In this document: one piece after another, positions 27,527-38,120 of the stretch
How the letters are laid out: each line of letters starts with the position of its first letter
Numbering within the stretch: the stretch's first letter is position 1
From: Planctomycetota bacterium
GTDB lineage: Bacteria > Planctomycetota > UBA8108 > SXIK01
DNA: 64,000 nucleotides
Reading direction: 5' to 3'
Assembly (NCBI GenBank): GCA_965223265.1
Contig: OZ244999.1
Span: forward strand, 2,816,001-2,880,000
Position numbers and translations under genes: made by a program
Notes under the pieces: generated by a model
Database searches by the model: none
What the model saw: the letters and a program-made list of their open reading frames with translations, nothing else
Told to the model about the DNA's origin: nothing

Positions 27527-28583
27527 AAAGAACGCTGGCATCAGGCCGCGCTCGCACGGCTCGAGGACGGGGAACTCACTTCCAAGTCGGAGAGCGGAAG
27601 AGGCGTCCGCGCACGAGCGACGCGGTCTCAAGACCGTCGCGTTCGGCGGTGGGACCGGTATGGCTGCCCTCTTAGCTGGCCTCAAGGCTTACACCGAAAA
27701 CATCACAGCAGTGGTCACTGTTACAGACAACGGCGGCAGCTCCGGCCGACTGAGGAATGACTTTGACATCGTTGCGCCTGGCGACCTGCGAAACTGCCTG
27801 CTCGCTCTCGCCGACGTCGACCCGTTGATCGAGGAAGTCTTTCAGTACCGCTTCAGTGAGGCTGAGTTCAAAGACCACTGCTTCGGAAATCTGTTCATCA
27901 CGGTGTTGGCACGTGTGGTGGGAAGTTTCCGCGGTTCGATCAGTGAGATGAACCGTTTGCTGAGAGTTCGCGGCAACGTCATTCCTGCCGCCGGTGAGAA
28001 AGTTTCCCTGGTGGCGCACCATCCAGACGGCACGAAGAGTACGGGGGAGGTGCAGATCACGCAGAGTCGAAAGCCGATCGAGCGTATCGAGCTCCGACCG
28101 TCGCCGGTCAAATTGCTCCCTGAGATCCGCACGGCGATCGAAGAGGCTGAGCTCTTCCTCTTCGGACCTGGGAGCTTGTTCACCAGTGTGATTCCGAACC
28201 TTCTTCTTGAAGGCATTATGGATGCGATCAGGGCGAACGCCAGCCCGCAGGTCTACATAGCTAACATCATGACGCAGCCTGGCGAAACCGACGGCTACGA
28301 TCTCGCGGATCATCTACGCGCGATTCGACGCCACGTTGGCGACGACTTCCCAGATTGTGTGCTCGCCCACAGCGGTCCGCTTCCCGAGGACCTGGTCGCG
28401 AGGTATCGCGCCCAACACGCAAGCCCGGTGACCTCGGGATTGCCTGCCGAAGAATTCGCCGACGTGCGTCTGATTGAGCGCGACTTTTTCTCGGCTGGCA
28501 CGACGGCACGGCACGATTCTCACTTGCTGGCTCGAGCGATTTACGAAGAGATTATTCTGCCGTTGGCGCCTGTTGGCGGTTGA
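27510..28583 (+). CDS. yvcK: YvcK/GlmR (UPF0052) UDP-GlcNAc-binding gluconeogenesis factor
   Basis: FGGGTG, VTVTDNGGSSGRLR, PGDLRNCL, GPGSLFTSVIPNLL, NIMTQPGET. Confidence 0.93.
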   Translation: MSSSVEKNAGIRPRSHGSRTGNSLPSRRAEEASAHERRGLKTVAFGGGTGMAALLAGLKAYTENITAVVTVTDNGGSSGRLRNDFDIVAPGDLRNCLLALADVDPLIEEVFQYRFSEAEFKDHCFGNLFITVLARVVGSFRGSISEMNRLLRVRGNVIPAAGEKVSLVAHHPDGTKSTGEVQITQSRKPIERIELRPSPVKLLPEIRTAIEEAELFLFGPGSLFTSVIPNLLLEGIMDAIRANASPQVYIANIMTQPGETDGYDLADHLRAIRRHVGDDFPDCVLAHSGPLPEDLVARYRAQHASPVTSGLPAEEFADVRLIERDFFSAGTTARHDSHLLARAIYEEIILPLAPVGG

Positions 28584-28628
28584 CGGCATGCCACGCCCGC
28601 GTCGTGGTGACAACCGTTTGGATACAGG

Positions 28629-28904
28629 ATGGAACTCAAGCGAAGCGTAGAACTCACGAACGAGCACGGTTTGCACGCTCGTGCCTCGACTCGACTGGCG
28701 CAGGTCGCGCAGCAATACCGAGCGTCGATCTATGTCGCGCGCGAAGGCGCTCATGAGGAGGTCGACGCAAAGAGCATCCTTGGCATCCTGACGCTTGGGG
28801 TCGAAAAAGGCGAAAAGCTTCAGCTGCGAGCTGACGGAGATGACGCGGAGGGGGCCATCGACGCCCTCGTTGAGCTCATCAACGACAAATTCGGCGAGGA
28901 GTGA
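28629..28904 (+). CDS. ptsH: phosphocarrier protein HPr
   Basis: NEHGLHAR, VDAKSILG. Confidence 0.93.
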   Translation: MELKRSVELTNEHGLHARASTRLAQVAQQYRASIYVAREGAHEEVDAKSILGILTLGVEKGEKLQLRADGDDAEGAIDALVELINDKFGEE

Positions 28905-30647
28905 GTGGAAGTCCGCCGCAAAGGAATTCCAGTTTCGCCTGGCATCGGCATCGGCGATGCCATCGTCGTCGCCCAGCAGGACTTTCGCATCCATCGTCGT
29001 TCGGTCGACCCGGAGGACGTCGAGGCCGAAGTCGAGCGCTTCGACAACGCTGTGGAGCGGACGGTCGCGGAGATCAACGACGAGATCGGGCGCTTCGGCG
29101 AGGATATGATGATCCCGCGGCAGGTGCTCGAGAGCCATCGAGATATGGTGGCAGATCGATATCTGCGCCAGGAGATCGTGGCGTCGATTCGTGACCATTG
29201 TTACACGGCGGAACATGCCATCTCTCTCGTTATGCGAGCCTATCGGAGGCGGTTCGAGGAGATGGAATCGTCCTACATTTCCGAGCGTGCTCACGACATC
29301 GAGGACATTGAGCGTAAGGTCCTCGAGACGCTGCTGGGAAAGCAGTCCGTAGACGAGTTGGCACGTGCGAAAGATGCTGTGCTAGTCGATCACGATCTCA
29401 GCCCGAGTCAAGCGGCGCGGCTCGACAAAGAAGCCGTCAGCGGTGTTGCGATCGACGTCGGTGGACGAACATCGCACGCGGCGATCATGGTGCGCGCCAT
29501 GCAGATTCCTGCCGTCGTCGGTCTTGAAGATTTGTCGACGTGCGTCAGCGGCGGGGAACGAATCATTGTTGACGGTTACAGCGGCGTCGTGATCGTCGAC
29601 CCAGAGGAAAAGACGCTCGATGAATACCGCGTTCGGGCTGCACTGTCGGATGAGTTTTTTCGCAGTCTTCACTCTGAAATACGTTTTCCCTGCGAGACGC
29701 TCGACGGATATGAAATCTTCCTTGCGGCGAATATCGAGTTTCCCGAAGAGATCGAGCCCGCACTTGTTTGGGGAGCGCGTGGTATCGGGCTCTATCGCAC
29801 CGAGTTTCTCTACGCCAGGGACGTGCCTGACGAGGAGCTTCACTATCGGACGTACCGCGCGGCGATCGAACAGCTCGACGATCGTCCACTCGTGATCCGA
29901 ACGCTAGATGCCGGTGCGGACAAGTTTCACACCGAAACCGTCCGTTTTCACGAACCGAACCCGTTTCTCGGCTGTCGATCTCTGCGTCTGTGTTTCCAGC
30001 GTCCGGACCTCTTCCGGGCACAAATCCGCGCGATACTTCGCGTCTCAGCGCTTGGTCCGGTGCGCATCATGTTGCCGATGGTGTCAAGCCTCGAGGAACT
30101 GCGGCGGGCGAAGGGATTCATCGAAGGGGTCCAAGAAGAGCTCCGGGAGGAAGGCGTTGAGCACGATGCGAACGTTCAAATTGGGATCATGGTCGAGGTG
30201 CCATCGGTCGCCCTGATGGCAGACCGGTTCGCACGCGAGGTAGACTTCTTCAGTATCGGAACGAACGATCTGGTGCAGTATTGTCTGGCGGTCGACCGAG
30301 TCAACGAGAGGGTCGCGGATCTTTACCAGCCCGCCCATCCTGCGATCCTGCGCATGATTCGCGGTGTGATCGACGCGAGTCAACAACACGGCATTGATGT
30401 GTCCATCTGTGGGGAGATGTGCAGCGAGCCGCTGTATGTCGTGCTGCTTCTGGGGCTCGGCCTGCGCAGCTTTAGCGTTAGTCCCATATCGATTCCGACG
30501 GTGAAGCGAATCATTCGACAGCTGACCATGCGCGACGCTCTTGACGTCGCACGTCGGTGTCTGCAGCACGAGTCCGCCAGTCAAAGCCAGGCGTTCCTGG
30601 AGTCCCACGTTAAGGGGCTATTGCCGCAGTTTGTCGGTATGGTCTGA
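28905..30647 (+). CDS. ptsI: PEP-protein phosphotransferase (PTS enzyme I)
   Basis: GGRTSHAAI, GIGLYRTEFL, NPFLGCR, FSIGTNDL, ICGEM. Confidence 0.96.
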   Translation: MEVRRKGIPVSPGIGIGDAIVVAQQDFRIHRRSVDPEDVEAEVERFDNAVERTVAEINDEIGRFGEDMMIPRQVLESHRDMVADRYLRQEIVASIRDHCYTAEHAISLVMRAYRRRFEEMESSYISERAHDIEDIERKVLETLLGKQSVDELARAKDAVLVDHDLSPSQAARLDKEAVSGVAIDVGGRTSHAAIMVRAMQIPAVVGLEDLSTCVSGGERIIVDGYSGVVIVDPEEKTLDEYRVRAALSDEFFRSLHSEIRFPCETLDGYEIFLAANIEFPEEIEPALVWGARGIGLYRTEFLYARDVPDEELHYRTYRAAIEQLDDRPLVIRTLDAGADKFHTETVRFHEPNPFLGCRSLRLCFQRPDLFRAQIRAILRVSALGPVRIMLPMVSSLEELRRAKGFIEGVQEELREEGVEHDANVQIGIMVEVPSVALMADRFAREVDFFSIGTNDLVQYCLAVDRVNERVADLYQPAHPAILRMIRGVIDASQQHGIDVSICGEMCSEPLYVVLLLGLGLRSFSVSPISIPTVKRIIRQLTMRDALDVARRCLQHESASQSQAFLESHVKGLLPQFVGMV

Positions 30648-30882
30648 CGCACTCGCGTCGCGGGTACGACTTCGGTCGACATACGCGGAACGTTGAGAGC
30701 TGGTGCGTGCTTCGTAGCTCCTTTATTGCCACGTGTACGCAGCGCGGAGCGGGCAGTCTTTCCGATAGACAGTGGTGCGCGTGCATGTGCGACGCCGCGA
30801 GTCTCTCCGGTCGGTGTCGTGAGGCGGCACCAAGTTCCGAGATCGCTTGCCGCGCGGGATATTCAAAGGTCTCTCGTCTGCG

Positions 30883-30910
30883 TTGACGATTTAGAAGGGC
30901 GTTGTATTCT
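30883..30910 (+). promoter_or_regulatory. putative sigma70 promoter of the pil operon
   Basis: TTGACG-N16-TATTCT ~95 bp upstream of pilM. Confidence 0.4.
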
Positions 30911-31003
30911 TCTGCGGCTCTTCCGGCGGACGATTTCCGTCGTCGTGGTTTGGGTCCACGGGCCATTCTTACGTAGCAGGTCCGAATCTTTTCGTGGTGA
31001 AAC

Positions 31004-32041
31004 ATGATACGAAAGAAGAGAAGTCTCGTCGGACTCGACATCGGCTCAACTGAGGCGAAAGCTATTGAGCTCACAGAGTTCGGCGATCAAGTGAAAATCA
31101 CAGGATTCGGCAAGGCCGCGATCGAGTCACAAGACGCGATTCCTGACACCATCGCCGACCTCTTCCGACATGCTGGAATCCGTACTAAGCGAGTGGCCAC
31201 GGCCGTTTCCGGCCGAGCTGTCATCGTTCGCTATCTCAACATGGTCAAGATGGCTGAGGATGACCTCAAAAGCGCACTGCGTTACGAGGCCGATAAGTAC
31301 ATCCCGTTCCAGATTGACGAGGTCTTCCTGGACTCTGCAATTCTTCCTGACTTCGACGAGTCTCACGACGCGGCGAATGAGGAGATGAAGGTGCTTTTGG
31401 TCGCGGTGAAGCAGAATCTCGTCGAGGAACACCTTGAGTTGCTACAACGGGTTGGTCTGATTCCGACCGTTATCGACGTTGACACCTTCGCGCTTGGAAA
31501 TGCGTTCGAGTTGAACGCTCTCAACAGTCCACGAGTTGAAGACGAAGACAAAGTTCTTGCGCTTGTCGACATTGGTTCGGTGAAGACCAATATCAACATT
31601 GTGAAGAACCATACGTCCTATTTCTCGCGTGAGATCTACCTTGCAGGGAATGACTTTACTGAGGCCGTTTCGCGACGTCTTGCCGTTGACACTGCAGAGG
31701 CCAATGCTCTCAAGCATTCACCTGAGGGACGCGAAGAATCGATCGAGGAAAGTATCCTTCCGGTGCTTGACGACCTCGGCAACGAGATTCACTTGTCGTT
31801 CGACTACTACGAGAATCAGTACGACCGTGAGATCGACGAGGTTTATGTCTCGGGCGGCAGCGCCAAGCTTCCTGGTTTGAAGACTAATCTCGAGCGCGTC
31901 TTCGATCGGCGTATTTACTCGTGGGACCCGACGGAAAACCTCGAGGTCCGTGACGATCGTGTTGACGTCGACTTCATGAAGGAACACTGCGAACAGTTGA
32001 CCGTAGCGGTGGGACTGGCTTCGCGAATTCTAGACGCCTAG
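31004..32041 (+). CDS. pilM: type IV pilus assembly protein PilM
   Basis: VGLDIGS..KAIEL, EADKYIPF, ALVDIG, VSGGSAKLPGL, VAVGLA. Confidence 0.95.
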   Translation: MIRKKRSLVGLDIGSTEAKAIELTEFGDQVKITGFGKAAIESQDAIPDTIADLFRHAGIRTKRVATAVSGRAVIVRYLNMVKMAEDDLKSALRYEADKYIPFQIDEVFLDSAILPDFDESHDAANEEMKVLLVAVKQNLVEEHLELLQRVGLIPTVIDVDTFALGNAFELNALNSPRVEDEDKVLALVDIGSVKTNINIVKNHTSYFSREIYLAGNDFTEAVSRRLAVDTAEANALKHSPEGREESIEESILPVLDDLGNEIHLSFDYYENQYDREIDEVYVSGGSAKLPGLKTNLERVFDRRIYSWDPTENLEVRDDRVDVDFMKEHCEQLTVAVGLASRILDA

Positions 32042-32051
32042 GAGACAGTTC

Positions 32052-32714
32052 ATGATTCGCATCAATCTACTTCCACCGGAGCTGCAGCGCGCGGCGAAGA
32101 CGCCGCCGAAGTTCTTTCTGTCTCTTGTGCTCTCAGTCGCGTTGGTCGCAGTGACGGCATGTGTGTACGTGTACATCTGCTTCAACGTGATCGTTCTGAA
32201 CGAACGCGTAGAGCGTAAAAGGGCCGAGGTTGAACACGTTGAGAAAAACGCCCAAGAAGTGGATACGCTTCTCGACGAGATCGCGGACTACAAGTCTCGA
32301 GAAAAAGCGATTATCTCAATCAAGACCAATCGCATCATTTGGTCCAAGAAGCTCGAGATGTTGTGCGACATTACTCCGCCGTTCATTTGGATTATCCGCT
32401 TGGAGATGCGTGAGAGTGATGGCGCTCCCGCCAAAGGCGGCGGCGCTCAGCCCGGGGGGCTGCTCGCGCTTCACTGCTACTCGTCGGGAGACGAAGTTGA
32501 CCGTATGACGAACTATCGCCAGCGGCTCAAGAATGTCGACGAGTTTTATCTCCGCTTTCTTGACGAGAGCGTCAAGCCTGGAAACTTCTATTCCGACTTC
32601 AACAACATCACCCCACCGGAATGGAAGTTCGTCAAGTTGAGCGAATACCTCGAGCCGAACAACATTCGCTTCGCAGTGAAGCTCGATCTGCGTCCATTCA
32701 TCACCAAAAAATAG
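32052..32714 (+). CDS. pilN: PilN-family protein
   Basis: N-terminal MIRINLLP motif, TM helix, coiled coil; follows pilM. Confidence 0.88.
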   Translation: MIRINLLPPELQRAAKTPPKFFLSLVLSVALVAVTACVYVYICFNVIVLNERVERKRAEVEHVEKNAQEVDTLLDEIADYKSREKAIISIKTNRIIWSKKLEMLCDITPPFIWIIRLEMRESDGAPAKGGGAQPGGLLALHCYSSGDEVDRMTNYRQRLKNVDEFYLRFLDESVKPGNFYSDFNNITPPEWKFVKLSEYLEPNNIRFAVKLDLRPFITKK

Positions 32715-32731
32715 ACTTCGAGGCCACTACG

Positions 32732-33364
32732 ATGAGACTCAACGACAAACAAAAGATGACTGTCGTTCTATTGGTCATGGGACTTGCTCTCATTGGTCTC
32801 GGAACGCTTACGTTCTTCAAGTATCGCGAACGCAGTGAGCGACTCACGGAGATGGATGGCTACGTGAAGCGCGAGAAGGCCGCGAATCAGAAAATCCAGA
32901 GGATTCCGGAGCTGCGCAAGGATCGCGATCGGCTCGCATCGACCATCAAGGAGTACGCTGACATCCTGCCGAAGGAGGCTCATGTCGAGCACGATGCCTT
33001 CGTCGACACGATCGACAACTACCGCCAAGACACGAACATCGTGATTAAACGTGCTGAGTACGTCAAGCCCACGGCGGCGCGCGGTAAGAAGAACGCCGCC
33101 CCTACAAGTCCGACAAAGTTCATTCGCCACAAGTACAAGTTCGAACTCGTCGGCACGATTCAGGATTTCATCTCCTTCATCAACAAGATTGAGAATCACA
33201 CTCGGTTCCTGAAGGTCGATGCGTTCAACATTCGCCCGCTCGGAGCTCCGGCCACTGCGCCTCGATTTGATGGCGTCTCGTCGGATCGTGAGCTGGCGAA
33301 CGCAGACAACCCAATCAAGGAAATCGACCTTACGATCAGCACGTACACGTACAAGCAACTGTAA
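32732..33364 (+). CDS. pilO: PilO-family protein
   Basis: TM plus coiled coil, ILP, FINKIENHTRFLKV, LTISTY; position in operon. Confidence 0.82.
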   Translation: MRLNDKQKMTVVLLVMGLALIGLGTLTFFKYRERSERLTEMDGYVKREKAANQKIQRIPELRKDRDRLASTIKEYADILPKEAHVEHDAFVDTIDNYRQDTNIVIKRAEYVKPTAARGKKNAAPTSPTKFIRHKYKFELVGTIQDFISFINKIENHTRFLKVDAFNIRPLGAPATAPRFDGVSSDRELANADNPIKEIDLTISTYTYKQL

Positions 33365-33375
33365 AGAGAGATACA

Positions 33376-34923
33376 ATGAAGACTCCAGTCGTTTGTTTGC
33401 TTGCCGTGCTTGTGGGCTCGTTCCACGGCGTCGGTGTATTCTGCCAAGAACCGACGGAGGCTCCTGCGCCAGCGGACGAGGAGGCGTTTGGACTTGAGTC
33501 GGAACTACCCGCCGAGGACGTCCCTGGTGACGAAGCGGCGCCGGATGAAGACGATCCGGAGGAGTTCTCCCCGGCGGACGAAGACGTCGCCAGTGAATCG
33601 AGTGAACCTTTCGTCGTGCCATCTGCAGTTGGCGATGAAACGCTGGATGCCGGCGACAACGAAGCGAGCGCCGCTGATGGCAGCAGTGGGAAAAAGGGAC
33701 TCGTTGGACGTTTGCGGGGCCTCATGGGCATTTTGGGACCGTCGGACGAAGACGCTGAATCCGCAGATGACCCGAGTGAGACGCACGACGAGCAGGACCG
33801 GCGGATCAACGAGCTGCGTCGCAAGGCGACGACGAGTATCCAAAAGAAACGTACCGATGTGGCGATCAGCGCGCTGAACGAGCTGATCAGCTTGAAGCCG
33901 TACGATCCGGACTATCACTTGGCGCTCGGGTTCTGCTACCGCGCCAAAGGGAGCTTCCGCGAGGCCCTCCGAAAGTACGACGACGTTCTCGATCTCGGTG
34001 GCGATAAGGCGTTCGTTGCCCTCATGCGGGCGGAAGCCTTCGCCGTGCAGGGAAGCCGTGCCAAAGTATTCGACACGCTCAAAGAGGCTGCGGTCGCCGG
34101 GCGTAATATTATTAACGACATGCGGCTTCTCAAGCCGCTGAACAAGTATCAGACGGATACGGACTTCATCAAGCTGGCTCTGTCGCTGGAGCGCGTGCAG
34201 GTTGACGTCTCGAAGATTCGTGACCCGTTCACCAACCCGTTTCCGACGAAGGGTGCGGATCCAGGACCGGGTAACGCTGACGTTCCTGTCATCCTCGAGC
34301 CAGAGCAGCAGGAGGAGCTTCTTGAGAGTGCCAAGAAACTCTTCGAGCGCGTGAAGTTCTACATCAAGCTCGAGGACGACACCAAAGCGATGGAGTCCTA
34401 CATCCAGCTGAAGGAGACGCTGGAGCGAGAGCACCTCTTGACGATTCCGAAGATTGTCAGCGAGTTCAAGGTGATCCGCGGCAAGATCCCGAGCGTCGAG
34501 ATCGAGATCGAAGGCATCCGACTCAAGTATTACTACCGCCAGGCGAAGGAAAAACTTGACCAAATGAAGGAGGTCTTCGAGGACGGCGGTTACGACCGTG
34601 TCGCTCGCATCCACGGCGAGGTGCTTCGCCTCACCGAGGAGATGACCGCAACGAACGAAAACTACCAGCCGGTGGCTCAACGGATTCTCGACGCGTCGAA
34701 AGGATGGTTCACGCGTGCCAACATCCGAAAAGAGTTCGAGACAGTGCGCCCGAAGATCGAAGGCATCATCATGTCCGACGACGGTCGCATGGCTGTGCTC
34801 AACGGCACGGTGGTCGCACAGGGCGAGTTCTTGGATGATCTGCGCGTTGAGATGATCGAGAGCAACAAAGTGACTTTTCACTACAAAGGGGAGCAGATCC
34901 CGGTCGTCTTCCGCCGATACTGA
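33376..34923 (+). CDS. secreted TPR protein with C-terminal PilP/GspB-like beta domain, in the pilP position
   Basis: Signal peptide, acidic IDR, TPR (PDYHLALGFCY), RDPF motif, C-terminal IEGII...MAVLNG.VV.QGE. Confidence 0.75.
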   Translation: MKTPVVCLLAVLVGSFHGVGVFCQEPTEAPAPADEEAFGLESELPAEDVPGDEAAPDEDDPEEFSPADEDVASESSEPFVVPSAVGDETLDAGDNEASAADGSSGKKGLVGRLRGLMGILGPSDEDAESADDPSETHDEQDRRINELRRKATTSIQKKRTDVAISALNELISLKPYDPDYHLALGFCYRAKGSFREALRKYDDVLDLGGDKAFVALMRAEAFAVQGSRAKVFDTLKEAAVAGRNIINDMRLLKPLNKYQTDTDFIKLALSLERVQVDVSKIRDPFTNPFPTKGADPGPGNADVPVILEPEQQEELLESAKKLFERVKFYIKLEDDTKAMESYIQLKETLEREHLLTIPKIVSEFKVIRGKIPSVEIEIEGIRLKYYYRQAKEKLDQMKEVFEDGGYDRVARIHGEVLRLTEEMTATNENYQPVAQRILDASKGWFTRANIRKEFETVRPKIEGIIMSDDGRMAVLNGTVVAQGEFLDDLRVEMIESNKVTFHYKGEQIPVVFRRY

Positions 34924-35122
34924 CCAAGGAGATTAAGAGTAGGCTCGACGGGAGCGGCGCGGGAGCTCAGACGGGAGGCGATTCGCGGGGATCGCTGACC
35001 AAGATTGTTAGTTAAATGTTAGGAGCGTGGGTTAGGGCGTCGGACGCCCAACCCAACGACAAGGAATCGTGGAACACACAGGGTGGTCCGCCGCGCGCGG
35101 AGTTTACACCGTTGGAGGTCAC

Positions 35123-37021
35123 ATGGGTTGGAAAGAGCGGCGGCATGATTGGCGCTTGCATTGTGTAGTGGCATGTCTCGTCTTTGGTGCCTCGTTTCTC
35201 CAAGCGCAGGACGCGACCGGCGCGGACGAAGGAGACACAACGGCAGCGATTGACGACTACTTCGGTCCGGGTGACGCTGAGACCGTCGGTAGTAGCGAGT
35301 TCATCACGCTCGACGTCCGCGACAAGGATCTGCGTGAGATCCTTAGCTTCATCAGCCGGCGCGTCGGCGTGAACATCATCGCGGATCCTGAGGTCTCTGA
35401 GACCGTGACGGTCCAGCTCGACTCGATCGACTGGCGCGAGGCTCTTGGTGTGATTGCCAATCAGGCTCGCTGCGAGATTGTCGACGTCAGCGACCGTCTG
35501 ATTCGTTTTGCTCAGCCGCCTTCGATCAGCATGGAGTTTCAGGATGCAGACATCAAAGTCGTGCTGGAGCTGCTTGCCAAGCAGGCAGGTGCCAACATCA
35601 TGCTGGCGTCCGACATTCAGGGACAGATTAGTTTGAGCCTTCGCGAAGTGTTCTGGCGCGAAGCGCTGGATGCTATCGTCAAGACCGCCGGCTACGTGAT
35701 TGTCACGGAAGAGACCAAGTCGGCCAAGGAGATCCTGCGCGTCGTGCGGCCGGAGACGCTCAAGCGGCAGCTGGAAACGCGTAGCTTTCAGCTGCGCTAC
35801 GTTCGACCGGACGATCCGTACACCGCGATCATTGCAGACGTAGAAAAGTATGCCAATTCACCCTTCGCGGGCCAGGCTGGTTCCAACGCTTTCGCGAATT
35901 CCGGAGGGGCGGCGAGCCAAGCGAGCTTCAGCCTCGAAGGGGCTCTGCGAGAAGTGGTTTCCGAGGAAGGCTCACTCAACTTCGATTTCAACACCAACAC
36001 GATCATCGTCAAGGACGTGAAGCCGAAGCTCGACGAGATCGCCCACATCATCGAGCTCGTCGACGTCCCACCGCCACAGATCTACGTTGAGGTGAAGTTC
36101 ATTTCGACGAAGAATGCCGACCTCCTCGAGCGCGGTGTGAAGTTCGACCTTCCGAACACGCCGGAGCGCGACGGTTTCCAGGTCATCGCCCGTGGCGCTG
36201 ATCCAGACCCGCTTGCCTTCGATCCTCTCTTCCGCTTCGGCGGCACGTTCCCGTTCGATATCGGCCAGATCGATGACATCCCGGATGACTTCGAAGCCCT
36301 CGGCATTCTCGACTTCACCGAGACGAGACTTCTTCTTCGCCTTCTCAAGGACGACGAGAACAGCCGCATCGTTCAGGAACCGACCTTGACGATGGTCGAT
36401 AACAAGCCTGGCACCATCTTCGTCGGCGAGACGATCCCGTTTGCTGTGCAGCGCGTCAACGTCGACCAGAACGGTAATGCGACGGTGACGATTGACGAGA
36501 ACAAGCGCTCGCCGATCAACGTCGGGTTCACGCTCTATATGATCCCTCACGTCGTTGCGGGCACCGACTCCATCGCCATGACCGTGATTCCACGTGTCTC
36601 GACACTCGTCGGTACGACGTCGACGATTCAGGGTTTCGATCGCTTCGAGTTCAGTCAGGAAGCGACTGGCGCGCAAACTTTCATCGACTTGCCGCGCGAG
36701 TCGTCGCAGACGGTCGTGACGTCTCTGCGCGTCACGGACGGTCACACCGCTGTGCTCGGCGGTCTGCAGACGGAGAGACGCGAAGAGATCCAGACGAAAG
36801 TGCCGATCCTCTCGAGCATTCCGATCCTTGGAAATCTCTTCACTTGGAGGCGCAAAGCGAATGACGTGGAGTCGCTGATCATCATGATCACGCCACACAT
36901 TCTCAAGAGCGTCGAGCAGGACGACAAGCGTTTCGAGCGCGCCATGGAGAAGCACAAAGAGCGTGACTTCTTCTGGAAGAAGTACGAAGACGACACGCCG
37001 GTGAAACGGGACGAAGAGTAA
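35123..37021 (+). CDS. pilQ: type IV pilus/T2SS secretin PilQ
   Basis: ITLDVRDKDLREIL, ISMEFQDADIK, QIYVEVKF, VTDGHTAVLGGL, KVPILSSIPILGNLF, LIIMITPHI; GGAGG SD before ATG 35123. Confidence 0.93.
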   Translation: MGWKERRHDWRLHCVVACLVFGASFLQAQDATGADEGDTTAAIDDYFGPGDAETVGSSEFITLDVRDKDLREILSFISRRVGVNIIADPEVSETVTVQLDSIDWREALGVIANQARCEIVDVSDRLIRFAQPPSISMEFQDADIKVVLELLAKQAGANIMLASDIQGQISLSLREVFWREALDAIVKTAGYVIVTEETKSAKEILRVVRPETLKRQLETRSFQLRYVRPDDPYTAIIADVEKYANSPFAGQAGSNAFANSGGAASQASFSLEGALREVVSEEGSLNFDFNTNTIIVKDVKPKLDEIAHIIELVDVPPPQIYVEVKFISTKNADLLERGVKFDLPNTPERDGFQVIARGADPDPLAFDPLFRFGGTFPFDIGQIDDIPDDFEALGILDFTETRLLLRLLKDDENSRIVQEPTLTMVDNKPGTIFVGETIPFAVQRVNVDQNGNATVTIDENKRSPINVGFTLYMIPHVVAGTDSIAMTVIPRVSTLVGTTSTIQGFDRFEFSQEATGAQTFIDLPRESSQTVVTSLRVTDGHTAVLGGLQTERREEIQTKVPILSSIPILGNLFTWRRKANDVESLIIMITPHILKSVEQDDKRFERAMEKHKERDFFWKKYEDDTPVKRDEE

Positions 37022-37101
37022 GCTCTTCGGATCTCGGTCGCCGCGGTGCGATCCGGGCGAGAAAATGAGTCGCTCGGATCGCTGAAGTCAGGTAAAATCT
37101 G

Positions 37102-37132
37102 CGAGCGGGAGTCTCTCCCGCTCGATTTTTTT
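37102..37132 (+). terminator. Rho-independent terminator after pilQ
   Basis: CGAGCGGGAG-TCT-CTCCCGCTCG perfect 10-bp stem followed by A and T7. Confidence 0.8.
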
Positions 37133-38120
37133 CCGGCGCGGCAGCAAGAGCCCCGCGCGGGAGTGGGCAGGGCAGCGTTCGCGGCTGGTTCGGAAACCGG
37201 GCCGCGGCGTGATCAAAGTCAGTAGAGAACAAGGTTTACGCCCGGACAGTTGGTCCAGGTCTGCACGTCGACCGAAGTGTGCTCACCGCGCCCACTGCGC
37301 AGTGAAACGTTTGAGCGGCGCTGCAAGCAGCGGCACGGCGTCCGGGGCGAGTAGAAGAATCGGTTCGAAGGAAACAAAAGGAGAGTCGCGAAGTTTTCGC
37401 GCGTTCCGGCCATCGCAATAGGGATGCATCTCAGGAGAGTGCCAACGGGGAGATTGCTCATTCAGTAGAGACTGCTCAGGAAGTTGTGCGAATCGGCAGA
37501 GAGCGAGGCGGCGCTGGTGAGCCCTCTAAGCAACGGCGCGCTCGCGGCAGATCAGCGAGCGCCGCGAAGAGCCAGGCCAGCACGCGAAACAGCACATGCA
37601 ATAGCACATGCAATAGCAGAGCGCTGCGCGCCACAGCTGAAGCACAACACATAGTTAGCACCATCTCGGCACCATAATCAGCACCGCCGTCCAGCCAGCC
37701 GTACAGCGATCTGCCCGCAGTTGCAGGGTGCGGAATGCGGCACGACACAGCGACCGCTTGGTTTTGACCTGTGGCCGAGCTGCGAACCGCTGGTTACGGA
37801 GGCCGGTCCGTCGCACTGGGCCGCGAAAGTGCCCAATTGCGTCCGACGGCGGTGCCTCTGAGTTGCAGTCAGATTTTTTTGAGCCTCTCTTCGCGCCACC
37901 GCGACGCACGCGCGGTGCCTGCTCACACGCTTGAGTTGTGGACCGCCGAATGACGTTGGCCGCGCGGTGATCGTCCGCCTTTGGCAGTCGTTTGAAGGGC
38001 GCTTTGGCCTCCCCGGGCGAGTAGCGTTCGGATGTCGACAGCAACCGGCGGCGGATCGTCGGCAGCACAGTCCTTGTCGAGGTGCCGGGACGCTTGAATT
38101 CAAGAGCGGCTTGAAAGCCT

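Noticed and set aside
33505-34881. 458-aa minus-strand ORF, and similar ones opposite pilQ, pilT, obgE and AGPS
   Set aside because: Antisense shadows caused by biased codon usage of well-supported plus-strand genes
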